Shown piece after piece: positions 1-11,720 of a stretch of DNA of 64,000 bases. The position numbers were made by a program, and so were the translations under genes. Origin of the DNA: Rhina ancylostomus (lineage: Eukaryota); contig JARFYF010000112.1 of assembly GCA_030265395.1 (NCBI GenBank), positions 81,111,479-81,175,478 of the forward strand, in the 5' to 3' direction. Under the pieces are notes generated by a model. That model was not told the DNA's origin. It saw only the letters and a list, made by a program, of their open reading frames with translations, and did not search any database. How positions within the stretch are numbered: the stretch's first letter is position 1; each line of letters begins with the position of its first letter.

Positions 1-1140
1 TCAAACCAGACTCAATCTCAGTACAGAATGGAGTCAAGCAGAGCTACATCAATAGTGTGGAAATATAACAACTTGTGAGCAAATTCTTTTGGAAGTTGTC
101 CATTCAACCTTTAGTTTTATTTCAAATGCCAGCCAGTCTGCTATATATTTTCATTTCCGATTTCGGGCCCTTTCACCATTAGAGTTACACTGCTGTCAAT
201 AAGTACCATTTGTTTTATAGCTTCTTGTTACTCGCAGTTGATATACAGCAAAAATTCAGCTCTGCTAAATTAAACACATCCTTTTCTCCCAAACTGATGC
301 GCTTGCTTTTGCTAAAACAAAATACACCGGGAGAAAGCCTTATGATACCACAGTGCAGAGTAAATTTTTGTCTTTTTTTTTCTTCGGCATTTTGTGAAAT
401 CTGCATGAAACAATTTCAGAATGAATAATTTCTACCTCTCATTAAATGTGGAATAGGTTCGCATGCTGCCCTTTACTGTAATTGCATGACAACCAGCGTC
501 AAACTACGAAATGTCTTGAACTTTACAGTGCCTCAAGCAAGTGAAAGAGAACTATGTGTAGGTTTGTTTTACAACAACTTGAACAAAAGGTTACTGTCAC
601 ATTTACTGGGAATGCTAGTTATGATGCCACATGTTATTGTCAACAAGAAACGGTGTGTCAGAGACTGCTTAACATCACAAAGAGCATTTACGGCATAAAT
701 GTGATGGCAGTTGACTGAATAAGCATTATTAATGACACAATCTGGCATTGCTTCATTTTCACACTATAGTCATCCTACACGGATTTATCCCAGCAATGGC
801 ATATTTCTGATGAAGATATGTAAGAAAAAGCTAAAATTTGTCCATCAAAAATATTGAGAGAATATTGACATCACTGGGATATTTTTGATCTTCACAGTAA
901 AATATATGTTCTCAATGTTTTAGGGGAAACTGCAATTTGATATTAATGGGAAAAAAGCAATAGAGTATTGTTATCATTGCTGTTCAAATACGTGCCACCT
1001 TATGTCCTTATCTCACAGCCATCCCTCACCCCACCCCANNNNNNNNNNNNNNNNNNNNNNNNNNNNNNNNNNNNNNNNNNNNNNNNNNNNNNNNNNNNNN
1101 NNNNNNNNNNNNNNNNNNNNNNNNNNNNNNNNNNNNNNAG

Positions 1141-1965
1141 GGAAGATGCATACATTAGGATCTGTTTTCTTGTCAGCTGTACAATGGTGATTATGTTATG
1201 CAAAAATAGCTTATTTACTCACCAAGTTTTGCTTTCCCCGCAAACCTCTTTCTATCAAAGTGAATGAACTTATTGAAAGAGTTAATGATTGGAAATACCC
1301 TGAGTACCTTTTGGAACATGAGAGTAGCCCAGAACAACATGCTGGCAAGGACACAGTGTGCAAAAGTAACAGGGCCGGTAAATGCAGATCTAGGCTGACA
1401 ATTTCAATCACAAAATCAGCATTGAAAGATATGCCTTTAAGTCCTTAAGTATTTGAAGCAATTATCAAATTCCTAAGTGAATGCGAACTTGCATCCTGCA
1501 GGCGTGATGAGCAGCTTGGATCATCACATAATGGAAACATTTTGGGGATTTTGGAATTGATTATTAAATTTGATCTATTTTTGGACGATTACTTGGCTAA
1601 GATTGGACAGAAGGGCAAAGCTAATCCTTCCTATCTGTCATCAAGTACTTGTGAAGAATTAATTAATTTGATGAGGTGGAAAATTAAAATCACATACGTA
1701 GCAGAACTGTAACAAGGCAAATATTTTTTATTGATCATGAATTTATCAGCAGATTTATTATATGTTGGTCAGCTGACTTTTGCATTCAGAATTGTTAATT
1801 CAGAGGGGAATCTGTAGAATGATTGATTGCTTTTGAACTACTGGAGAATCAATGGTTCCAGATGCAAGTCTAGTTGATTGTGTACTTGCAATAGTGAACA
1901 ATGTTGGACACATCTAATTGTCATTGACAATTATATGATGATGTTAGTGATATGTCAGGGCAATA
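1141..1965 (+). mobile_element. Decayed hAT-superfamily transposase (ZMYM1-like/DUF4371-type) fragment
   Basis: Manual translation gives VNDWKYPEYLLEHESSPEQH (TTF-zinc-finger-like). Then from ~1468: KFLSECELASCRRDEQLGSSHNGNILGILELIIKFDLFLDDYLAKIGQKGKANPSYLSSSTCEELINLM...*QGKYFLLIMNLSADLLYVGQLTFAFR, and YDDVSDMSGQY at ~1933-1966. These match hAT motifs GNFLGILE..FD.FL..H, SYLS...CEE.I, KYFS..VD.TPD.SH.DQL and YD.A.NMSG. Stops and frameshifts are present. Confidence 0.8.
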
Positions 1966-2299
1966 CAGGAGCCTGAGGGCACATACCACCAGACTTAAGG
2001 ACAGTTTCTACCCCACTGTGATAAGACTATTGAACGGTTCCCTTATACAATGAGATGGACTATGACCTCACGATCTAACTTGTTGTGACCTTGCACCTTA
2101 TTGCACTGCACTTTCTTTGTAGCTGTGACACTTTACTCTGTACCGTTACTGTTTTTACCTGCACTACATCAATGCACTTTGTACTAACTCAATGCAACTG
2201 CACTGTGTAATGAATTGACCTATACAATCAGTTTGTAAGACAAGCTTTTCACTGTACCTCAGTACAAGTGACAATAATAAACCAATACCAATACCAATA
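1963..2299 (+). mobile_element. 3' end of Rex1/Babar-type LINE
   Basis: Encodes the ORF C-terminus YRSLRAHTTRLKDSFYPTVIRLLNGSLIQ*, then a 3'UTR, AATAAA and a (CCAATA)n tail. A close second copy lies at 24354-24860. Confidence 0.75.
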
Positions 2300-2841
2300 A
2301 TGAATCATGACTATGTTATATTCCATCTGATATTACTTCCACTCACAGTCAACAATAGCTTGTATTTATACAGATTCTTTAACATAGTAAAACACTTCAA
2401 AACATTTTCCAAGAGCCTTATCAAACAAAATATTAGATGCAGCACAGGTGTCATCTAATTGTCTTCTGTAAATCAAATTGAGGAATGGGGGTTACTACAT
2501 AGGTGGAGCACTGGGTTCTCCCATTAAAGGAATACAGCTACTTGTTTCCTCACAGCGACTTTAATAAACCAGACATTCTTTTGGGTAGAGGTTGATGATA
2601 TTTTCTAATCTAAATCCAGGAACGCTGACGTTAGGGCTTCTGCTTTTTTATAATGTATCTAGTTGGCTTCGATGAAGGGAATAAAGGTATGGTGATTAAG
2701 CGTGTTGATGACACAAAGTTACGTAGCAAAACAAGTTGTGGAGAGGGCAAAAGGCATGGAGACTGCAGGTGCTGTGTGAAGGTACTGCAAGTGATTGGGA
2801 GAGCTAACAGAAGAATTAAATGCAATACCAGAAAGGAACAA

Positions 2842-2915
2842 CACACAAGATGCTGAGTTCCTCCAGCATCTTATGTCTTGCTCCAGATTCCAGCATCTGC
2901 AGTCTCTTGTGTCTA
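2842..2915 (+). repeat. Penelope-like terminal repeat fragment
   Basis: gctgagttcctccagcatc...gctccagattccagcatctgcagtctcttgtgtct; same family as the copies at 23400-23480, 31820-31895 and 46380-46448. Confidence 0.65.
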
Positions 2916-2994
2916 CAACAGTAGGAAGGTCATGTTTCAGTCATGTCAGGCACCAACATAACTTGTACAGCTGTCGGGATCACATCTGGAGTTC

Positions 2995-3086
2995 TTTATA
3001 CAAAACTAGTCTGTCATGGTTCTGAGTTCTGGCCCTCAATTTGGCTCATTAATGCCTTGTTGTCTAGCACATGGATTCCATGCTGG
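2995..3086. repeat. Unclassified dispersed repeat with an inverted copy at 20083-20175
   Basis: The reverse complement (agcatggaatccatgtgctagacaacaaggcattaatgagccaaattgagggccagaactcagaaccatgaca) aligns with 20083-20159. Confidence 0.7.
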
Positions 3087-3284
3087 NNNNNNNNNNNNNN
3101 NNNNNNNNNNNNNNNNNNNNNNNNNNNNNNNNNNNNNNNNNNNNNNNNNNNNNNNNNNNNNNNNNNNNNNNNNNNNNNNNNNNNNNGTTCTCTGTGAGTT
3201 TGATCTGGATCAACATTGTGACATAGTCTCTAAATTTAATGAAGATTCATTAAGTTAATAGCTGAGGTTAGTAGGTTGTCTCAT

Positions 3285-3945
3285 TGGACAGACTAGATTT
3301 TTATCTGCTAAAGTTTAGAAAAACAAAAGGTGACTTGATTGTAGCTTAAAATCCTGAGGGGACATAACCGGATGAATGCATAGGGTATGTTTCCTCATGT
3401 GGAACAATCTAGAAATAGGGGTCACTGTTTTAAAATTAGATAAGATAAGATATCTTTATTAGTCACATGTACATTGAAACACACAGTAAAATGCATCTTT
3501 TGCATAGTGCTCTGGGGGCAGCCCGCAAGTGTCGCCACACTTCTGGTGCCAACATAGCATGCACACAACTTCCTAACCCGTACATCTTTGGAATGTGGGA
3601 GGAAACCGGAGCACCCGGCAGAAACCCACGCAGACACGGGGAGGACCTACAAACTCCTTACAGACAGTCACTGCACTTGAACCCGGGTTGCTGGCGCTGT
3701 AATAGCGTTACACTAACTGCTACACTACCATGCCTGCCCTAGGAGCAAATGAGACAATTTTTCTCTCACAGATGATTACGAGCCTTTGGAACTCACTTCC
3801 CAAAGTGTGATGCAGGCATCATCTTTGAATATTTCTAAGGTAGATGGTAAGCAGAGGGGTGAAAGGTTACTGTGTACCCACAATACAATGCAAAATTGGG
3901 GTTACAATCAGTTCAGCCACAATCTTCTTAAATGGCAGAGCAAAC
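3285..3945 (+). mobile_element. Decayed CR1 LINE 3' fragment, interrupted by a SINE
   Basis: CR1 ORF2 end-like sequence (ggtgacttgattg...tctagaaataggggtcactgttttaaaat) resumes after the SINE with ctttggaactcacttccc... Confidence 0.6.
3439..3740 (-). mobile_element. tRNA-derived V-SINE (HE1-like)
   Basis: On the minus strand: a tRNA-like head with A box (tggtagtgtagcag) and B box (ggttcaagtgc), the V-domain (tgggtttctgccgggtgctccggtttcctcccacattccaaaga), then AATAAA and a (TCTTA)n tail. Confidence 0.8.
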
Positions 3946-4084
3946 TTGTTCATTAGCACATTAACACTTGTAAAAATGGGATTCATCAATGAAAGTCCAG
4001 ATGCTGAGGGCATAAAAGAATCTCCAATTATTGTCTGTATTTCTCTGGATGTGTCAGTTTCAGAACTATATTCATGGTCAGTTT

Positions 4085-4395
4085 TGTTTTCTTTCTCTTT
4101 TCCTCACCACACCACTCCCTTTGCCCCCTCTCATTGCTTCTCCTCTNNNNNNNNNNNNNNNNNNNNNNNNNNNNNNNNNNNNNNNNNNNNNNNNNNNNNN
4201 NNNNNNNNNNNNNNNNNNNNNNNNNNNNNNNNNNNNNNNNNNNNNNCTCATTGCTTCTCATCTCTCCCCCTCCATCCACTTCCCCTCCCTCCTTTCTCTC
4301 ATCCCTCCCATCTCACTTCTCAAGACTCCCTGCACTTGCCATATTTATCCCCCTCACCCAACTTTTCCCACCATCCACCCCATTGCCTTCCTTTT
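4085..4395. repeat. Pyrimidine-rich low-complexity tract spanning a gap
   Basis: C/T-rich sequence on both sides of a 100-N gap. Confidence 0.6.
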
Positions 4396-4964
4396 CCAGT
4401 GGCAGGAGATGCCCAAACCTGGACAGGAGAATTCTGCCCTCTAACCCATGCCTCGCCTCAACATGGGAGTAAACCATTGAATCCCGGTGTAAAACTAAAA
4501 AGTAAGGAACTAAGACCCTGGGATTTACTGGGTGAATGCATCGCCCAGCATTAATAAGCCATCCAGTCCAGGAAATTACAGGTGCAATCTCCTGAAATGA
4601 GTTGAGTTACCTGTTCTCTGAATGGGTTGCTATAAGGTTAACTTTGAAAATCTATGATGGAAAAAATTCAACATATATTTCCATTCATGATCTTCCTTCA
4701 GTAATTATAACTGAAAGTTATCGATTATGAGCATCAGAGGAAGACAGAATAAAACTAAGTGATTTTGCTCATAAATAATTTACTGGAATTACTTTTAGCT
4801 CACACATTAGGAATAATCAATTAATTGGATAGTTGTCACCAGAACAATTTTGTCAAAACGTAAGAAGTCTTCAATCAACACTGTTATATGACGCACATGT
4901 CTGTGGAAAACTAGCCGCTTTACCTGTTTTTAGCTGATATTGTTCATGATTACTTTTCCTTAAT

Positions 4965-6102
4965 TAATGTACTTTCCTCTTCCTCCCACCTCTCAAAAAC
5001 TCAGTCCTAATCATTTGCTAACAACAGCATCTTCTCCAGCCTTTTCCTCTCCAAAATCCTTGGAGATGTTGTCACCACAGCAATGAAAAGGGACTTATTA
5101 AAGTCACAAATACCATCCTACATGACTATAACCATGGCAAGGTATCCCTCTTCATCCTTCATAGCTTTTGACAGCCTAATTCTCCTCTAATTCCTCTCTA
5201 CTGTCTAAATAAGTTGTAGGCCCCCTCCCATTTCTCATTGACATGCTTCCTCTGGGCAACATCATCCAGAAACACAACATCACTGATGACACTCACCCTT
5301 ACTGTCTCTGCCTGTACTTCACATCTCATTTGTCATATTTAACCCCACATCTGGTCATGAATGAACAGATATGCCTTCAAGCTAAATAAATGAGAAAAGC
5401 AAAACCATTACATTCAATCTCCACTTCAAACTGACTGCAACCCCAGCCACTTTCTGTGGCAATTCCATTGACCGTGATGTCCTACTTGACCCTGATATAT
5501 GCTTCTGATCATGAGCCTGCTTTATTACCCAGGTCCTTCTGTAACAATATCCATCTCTGCCCCTCTGCACATCCACTCCATTGTTATCTTTAAAGGTGAC
5601 TTTTCCTGACTGATCTCCCGTCCTGTACCCTTGATAAACTTGAACTCTGATGACTCTACTGTCTATATCCTAACTCACACCAAGCTCCTTTCACCCATCA
5701 GGCTGTGCCAGTTGATCTACACTGGTTTCCAGCTCAGCAACATCTGTATTCTAGATTTCTCAAAGTGTTTTAAAAAATATATTCATGGCCTTGCCACTCC
5801 ATATCTCTGCAAACTTTTGAGCATTGCTATAAAATCCCCGTGTTCCTTCTAATCTTAATTGCTCTTTCACAGGTATCCTGCTTTCACCTGCCTTGGCCCC
5901 AGAATTCCCTCTCTACACCAACCTCCTACACACTTTTAAGACACTCCTTAAACCATACCATTGTGACCCAGTTTTTGGTCACATGCCTTAATATCTCTTT
6001 GTTTGGCTTACTGTCAAATTTTATTTGCTAATGCTACTGTGAAGCACCTTGGAACGTTTCACTTTGTTGAGAATGCCAAATAAATGCAAGTTGTTGTTGT
6101 TG
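4965..6102 (+). mobile_element. Decayed L2-clade LINE 3' portion
   Basis: RT-like remnants, then the characteristic 3' end gtgaagcaccttggaacgtttc...taaatgcaagttgttgttgttg. Reverse-oriented relatives occur at 2350-2440, 9090-9660 and 25545-26030. Confidence 0.65.
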
Positions 6103-6336
6103 CTTTTGACTAGCAACTGGCAATGGCTAACCTCACCTCTACTCGCCCAAGGGCCATTGAGACCAAGTGTGGCACCTTATTATTACCAGTAAATTCAGCA
6201 TGCACAAGAAAACAGACTTGGTTTGCATTGTTCTGGTATCTCCTAGGGCCAAAAGAAGAACAAAATTCCCCCATCTCACTTTAACCCAGAAATGCCAAAA
6301 TTGTATTGACCTGGAGCATTTTGACTAACAGGTTTT

Positions 6337-6609
6337 CTTTCTTTACAATATTTTTATTAATTTCAGATAACAAGTACAAAATGCATGAAACAGAGGAAAA
6401 AATATTACAAGATAGATTATATTGAATCACACTAGAAATCACAATGCTTCATATCGATAAACAAAAACAATCAATTGATATTGATAAGTTGGAATAACTT
6501 TATTACAAAAAAACTAACCCCACTACCAAACCCAAAGCTGTTTAAGAACATAATAAAAACATAGTAGTATTGACAGTGAGCACCAAATCAGTGATTTTGA
6601 AAGTAGTTC
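6337..6609 (-). mobile_element. 5'-truncated L1-type retroposon insertion with 15-bp TSD
   Basis: Exact direct repeat TGACTAACAGGTTTT at 6322-6336 and 6610-6624. The minus strand reads NYFQNH* then a 3'UTR, AATAAA and an A-rich tail. Confidence 0.75.
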
Positions 6610-6774
6610 TGACTAACAGGTTTTGCAATTGAATAAAGTTACAAAATAGTCAACATGTTTTTAAACTTACCCACACTATTTCATTCATTACCATCGCTGA
6701 AGAATCGTTTACGTCATTATCGTTGTTGATGCTCTGTAGAAATTTCCATAAATTAAAATATAAACGATTAAATA

Positions 6775-6897
6775 AAACAATAGGGCAAAATTGTTTCATT
6801 CTCAGGGCCCTTTCACTCAAAGTATATTCATGTATGGGAGGAAGGGGATAACATGGATTAACTAATACAATGGATAATAGGCACATGCTGTCTTTGT
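6775..6897. promoter_or_regulatory. Candidate SOX(E) binding cluster upstream of gjb1
   Basis: Inverted pair AAACAAT-n8-ATTGTTT (6775-6796), ACAATG (6867-6872) and CTTTGT (6892-6897). Motif match only. Confidence 0.35.
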
Positions 6898-7112
6898 GAC
6901 TACACAGATTCCTTTATCTAGTGTAGGTGGAGATGAAGGAGTCGGAACTGAATACTGTTTTGTTAGCACAATAAAAGGAACCGTTGTATGCAAATTGAAT
7001 ATGTAGACCGCCCAGACCATATGATCACAGATTACAAAAGGCGTTCGGTTGATGCTGACACGGAGGAATTGGCAACTTAATTTATTATTTTCCTTTCCCG
7101 AATTGAGGGGAG

Positions 7113-7958
7113 ATGAACTGGCCAGTTTTCTACACTGTCCTAGTAGGGGTGAACAAACACTCGACCGGCATCGGGCGGATCTGGCTGTCTGTCCTCTTCA
7201 TTTTCAGGATCATGGTGCTGGTGGTGGCCGCAGAAAGCGTCTGGGGCGATGAAAAGACTGGCTTCACCTGCAACACCCAGCAGCCGGGTTGCAACAGTGT
7301 CTGCTACGATCAGTTTTTCCCTATCTCCCACATCAGACTTTGGGCCCTGCAGCTGATATTGGTGTCCACTCCCGCCCTACTAGTGGCCATGCACGTTGCC
7401 CACAAGCACCATGTGGAGAAGAAGATCTTCCGGATTAAGCAGCTCACGGGAGAAGTTGGGGAGATGGACATTGAGAAAGTGACTAAGCGCAGGATGCACA
7501 TCACTGGGTCTCTCTGGTGGACCTATGTCATCAGTATCATCTTCAGGGTGATTTTCGAAGTTGCCTTCTTATACATCTTCTACTTAATCTACCCGGGCTT
7601 CAGGATGATCCGCTTGGTCAAGTGCGATGCCTTCCCTTGCCCCAACACGGTGGATTGCTTTGTGTCCAGGCCCACCGAGAAGACGATCTTCACCATCTTC
7701 ATGCTGGTGGTGTCGGGCGTTTGCGTGCTGCTGAACATAGCAGAGGTGGGCTACTTGATCATCAAGGCTTGTGTGAGACAGTGTCAGAACAAAGAAAGGA
7801 GATCCAGTAAAAGTGCATTTTACGGGCGTAAGTTTCCACAATCCAGACAGAATGAAATTCATGAGTTGCTGTCAAATCATGATGCTGCGTTTCTGAAAAA
7901 CAATAAAATGAATGCTGTTCGCAAAAGTTCTAATAAAGACTCTTGTAGAACCGCTTGA
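7113..7958 (+). CDS. gjb1: Gap junction beta-1 protein (connexin 32), 281 aa, single coding exon
   Basis: N-terminal [40 protein letters not shown] and [38 protein letters not shown] are diagnostic of Cx32. Extracellular CX6CX3C and CX4CX5C motifs are intact, and the C-tail has QNEIHELLS. Synteny with zmym3 matches human Xq13. Confidence 0.95.
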   Translation: MNWPVFYTVLVGVNKHSTGIGRIWLSVLFIFRIMVLVVAAESVWGDEKTGFTCNTQQPGCNSVCYDQFFPISHIRLWALQLILVSTPALLVAMHVAHKHHVEKKIFRIKQLTGEVGEMDIEKVTKRRMHITGSLWWTYVISIIFRVIFEVAFLYIFYLIYPGFRMIRLVKCDAFPCPNTVDCFVSRPTEKTIFTIFMLVVSGVCVLLNIAEVGYLIIKACVRQCQNKERRSSKSAFYGRKFPQSRQNEIHELLSNHDAAFLKNNKMNAVRKSSNKDSCRTA

Positions 7959-9089
7959 ACTTAAAGATACCCGCTGCCTCGCTAAAGGAACCGGTTTCAT
8001 TAACGCAGTCCTCCTCCCCAATCCTGTGGTTGTCTATTAACATCTCTCTAATGTGTTTGAATGCACCTTTTCCACCTCTTCGTCCCAGAACCGTGGCTTC
8101 CAAAGGCCTTGCTGCATTTGTGGCTCTGGTATTGGCCATTCATCTGAGGAGGCTTCGTCTTCAGTCCCTGCGTTAGAATTATTCTTGAATTATATAATTT
8201 CCTTATTTTTACAGCAATCTTTTAGTTGCCGTTTCTGGTCACGCGTTCATGGGTTGGATGATCTTGAGTTTTTGAGGGGATCTCTTGCCTTGAAATATTA
8301 TTCTTTATCGTGTAAGAAAAGGGACGGCTGTGAACAAAGTGTGTCTCTGCGGAGCGGTCTGGTGTCACCTGTGTCCACTGTTCCTTTACTGTCTCGCTAA
8401 GCTACCTTTAAAATACCTTTCTATTGCAGCTGCCAGTGTTGTTACCAGAGTGTACCGAGAGTAGGTGCTGTGCACGAGTGCACAGGACAACTCCCTTTTT
8501 GGTCAACAGTTAACACCTGTAATTTATTGATTGTCCGTCATTACTTCAGAAGAAGATTGCCGTTAACCCTGGGGCCACAGAGTAAGCAGACAAACAGTTC
8601 GTTCCCCCAGAGTTTTCGCCAATCTTCCGCCAGAAGATCCTAAATACCTTTAAAAGACGAACAGACTAGAGGGCGCGAAAACCAGTGTGGATAATTGTCT
8701 AACTATGGCATTTAGGTTGGAAATGCCAAGAGATGCAAGTCACCTGCCGTTTAACTGCACTACAATTATATGTGGTTTCATACCAAGCAGTTGTTAGCTT
8801 CTGCTGGATAATCTCACACCATGTGGCTTGCATCAGGTCAGGCCTTGATTATGGAGTTATCCTATAAATGAATATTGGAGCCGGCTGTAGTTAGCATCAC
8901 ACAAGAGTTGTTTGTGTATTGCTGTGACATCCTATTGCTCTGTATGGAATGGAAAAGCCTTAAATGAAATGAGGAAATGCTAGGAATACTCAGCAGGTCA
9001 GGCAGCATCGATGTCAAGAGAAACCAAGTTAACATTTCAGGGCAATGATGTCCCCTTGGAGCTGCTGATTATTTCCAGCATTTTCAGTG

Positions 9090-9660
9090 TTTTAAGGAGT
9101 GTCCTAAATGAGGTGAGAGAAGTAGAGAGGCAGAAAGCTGAGGCAGGCAGCCCTGGAGCTTTGAGTCCAATCAGCTGAAGGCATGATTGGCAGTAAGGAG
9201 CAACTCCTACTGAGGGGGGTGTACAAGACGGGAATTGGAGGAACACAGATATCCTGAGGGAGGGGTTGTAGTGCTAGTCAAGCTTCGAATCATGGGAGGG
9301 CTGAAGCCACTGGGGGGATTTATAAAGAGGAATAAAGAATATTGAGGCATTGCTGAACCTGGAGTATTGGTGAACGGACGAGTTTTGATATGTACACAGG
9401 CAGCAGAGACTGGATAAGATTTAGATGAGTTCAAGATTATGCAGGATAGAGATAGGAATCCAGCAGGAATAAAAGTCCCAAATCTAAAGATAAAAATGAT
9501 GAGACGAAGGACTTAAATAACAGACAATTGAGGCAGGGGCAGGGATGAGATTGCTGCAGCAATGGAAGTTGGCAGTTTTCTGAGGAAATAGAAGTGTGGT
9601 CATAAACTCACCTCAAGGTCAAATGGGACACCATTGTTACTCCAGATATTGACCAGTGGA
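9090..9660 (-). mobile_element. Decayed L2 LINE fragment, preceded by a Penelope-terminal fold-back remnant at ~8965-9090
   Basis: Purine-rich antisense L2 3' region (cagctgaaggcat...ggaattggaggaacacagatatc), related to 5600-6100. Confidence 0.55.
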
Positions 9661-10904
9661 GAAGGTAAAATTTTGAATGCCATCCATAAATGCCTGTTCA
9701 ATGATTTCCCAATTTATTTAAGTTGTCAGAGTCAGTTCATTGATGAGAACTCAGACCTAACGCCCACTCACGCTCCTACTCTCCAATGCAGCTCTGTGGA
9801 GAGAGAAAATTTAAGTGGTAGAGTCACCTTTATTATTCCTTTAAGCTCACAATAATGTAATAAATAAAAGTAAGAATAGCCCTTTTGGCTTTTGATGCCT
9901 ACTGTGCCATTCAGTCAGCTCATGGCTGATCTTCCTCGGTGCCACTTTCCTGTGCTACTCCCATCTGCCTTGAAATCCTGTCTCCTGGCATCTGGATGGA
10001 AAAGAGCTTAAGTATCTCGGTAGAAGCCAGGTGCTACCTATTCTGCTTGGGATTGGGTTTGTGATGTGTCTAAATCCTGAAGGGAGCGGAACGAGGAAAA
10101 GTCATTAACATATTATCAAATCCACTGCTGTCCTTACCTTTGCAATTAAGGATTAACTGATTTTCATAATTAAATATGACTTTTATTTATTCCCCACTTC
10201 ATTATCTCATTAGAATATTTATTCTCAACAAAGAACATGAATCAAGGAAGATGGAGGAACATAATAATATTGTAACTCAAAGGCAATAATTCATATTTGA
10301 TTAAGCCAACGGATAATGTGATATGTATTTTTTTCTGTGCTGGTGTAGCACTGCTTGGACGTCTACTGGCTAAGAAAGATTTGTTTTTCTTAGGGTTTTT
10401 TCAAGGGTTTTTATAAACCCTTGTTCAAATTAACTTTACAAAGAGGAAAGTATTGACCTGAAGTTCATTGCTTGCACAGGGAAGTGCTATTTCTGTAAAT
10501 CCTAGTGGAAATGTTTCTTTGAGACTTGTTGTTGAGAGGTATGGGTACCACTTGTCTTCAGTAAAGACTAAGAAAATCCCAGGTTTGATGGTGCATTATG
10601 TGCCAAGTCAATTGATCTAGCTTTTTGTTGGGATTGCTAATGTTTGCTGTTACTGGTTTACTGAACGACAAGGCAATTTTTCAGCTACATTGAAAGTAAG
10701 ACCAGACAATTTGTGATACCCCACACAGTTAAATAGCTTGCCATCATGTATGATTGATATCAAATTGGGGTAAGGTATTTGAGGAATCATGAGGGACAAA
10801 ATCCCAACAAGAAAATAAACCTTCAGAAGAAGTAGCGGGAGAAAAAGGGCCTGTAAACTATTTACATCCAGTAATATATTTCATGCAAACATATAACCAT
10901 GCAA

Positions 10905-11720
10905 ATTTGGAGAAGGAGTAGTTCACCCAGCCCTTTGAGTTTGCTTTCTCCGTTCAGTAAGATCATGACTGATCTGATTGTAACTCAATTCTGCTTAGGA
11001 CAGAGGGGAAAAATAACCTTTCACTCCCTCGCTTATCCAGTATCTGTCCACCAGCTGCCTTACAAAAAAATCATAGACTCTGCTTGAGAAAGGGAGTTCC
11101 AAGGACTCGTGCCCCTTTGAGAGAATTTATTTGCTTCATCTCTGTATTAGAGGCCAATCCCTTTTTTTTTAAAATCAGTGACCACTAAATTGTCCCACAA
11201 GAGAATCTCCTCATCCACCCTGTCAAGTCCCCTCAGGTCCTTACATATTTAAAAAAATTCCTTCTCAGTTTTTCAGACTCCAGCAGATACAACCCTAGCT
11301 TACCTCACCTTTCCTCATCAGACAACGCACCATTCCAAGTATTAATTTTGTGAACTTCTCTGAATTGCTTTGAACACAACCAGGCTCTTGTAAGGACAAC
11401 ATCCTTACATCCTCTCCGTTTCTCCGCCTCTACTGCATTTGTTCTCAAGATGAGGCTTTCCATTTCAGGGCATCAGCCCATGTCTCACCCCTTCCTCTGA
11501 CCACTTCATACAGGCTGTCTCCCCTCTACAATCTCAGTACTGATGACAGGTCTCAACCCAACATTTCAACTATCACATTTCCTCCCAAATGCTGCCTGAC
11601 CTGCTGAGTTCCTCCAGTTGTTTGCTTTTTTGTTCCAGTTCATTAACTTTCTTCCTTAAATGAGGAGAATGGTACTGTACACAGTACTCCAGATAGGATC
11701 TCACCAATGCTCAAAAATCT
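10905..11720 (-). mobile_element. Decayed CR1 LINE 3' fragment containing a Penelope insertion
   Basis: CR1 antisense 3' end (agccctttgag...agtaagatcatgactgatctg). It resumes after 11640 with tactgtacacagtactccagataggatctcaccaatgc. Confidence 0.55.
11386..11640 (+). mobile_element. Penelope-like element fragment (ORF remnant joined to terminal repeat)
   Basis: 11386-11475 translates SCKDNILTSSPFLRLYCICSQDEAFHFRAS, resembling the PLE RT-thumb motif SCK..IP.SQFLRLRRICS...F. It is followed by a terminal repeat with a decayed hammerhead core (ctgatgacaggtctcaaccc). Confidence 0.7.

Noticed and set aside
480-990. Possible hAT C-terminal remnant and short ORFs
   Set aside because: Only faint resemblance; no motif could be read convincingly.
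3680-3740. tRNA gene (also 29880-29953)
   Set aside because: A and B boxes belong to SINE heads; no full cloverleaf.
3844-4554. 236-aa ORF
   Set aside because: Runs through a CR1 remnant, an N gap and a low-complexity C/T tract; no protein signature.
7517-7862. Alternate-frame and antisense ORFs within gjb1
   Set aside because: Shadow ORFs from GC3-rich codon usage.
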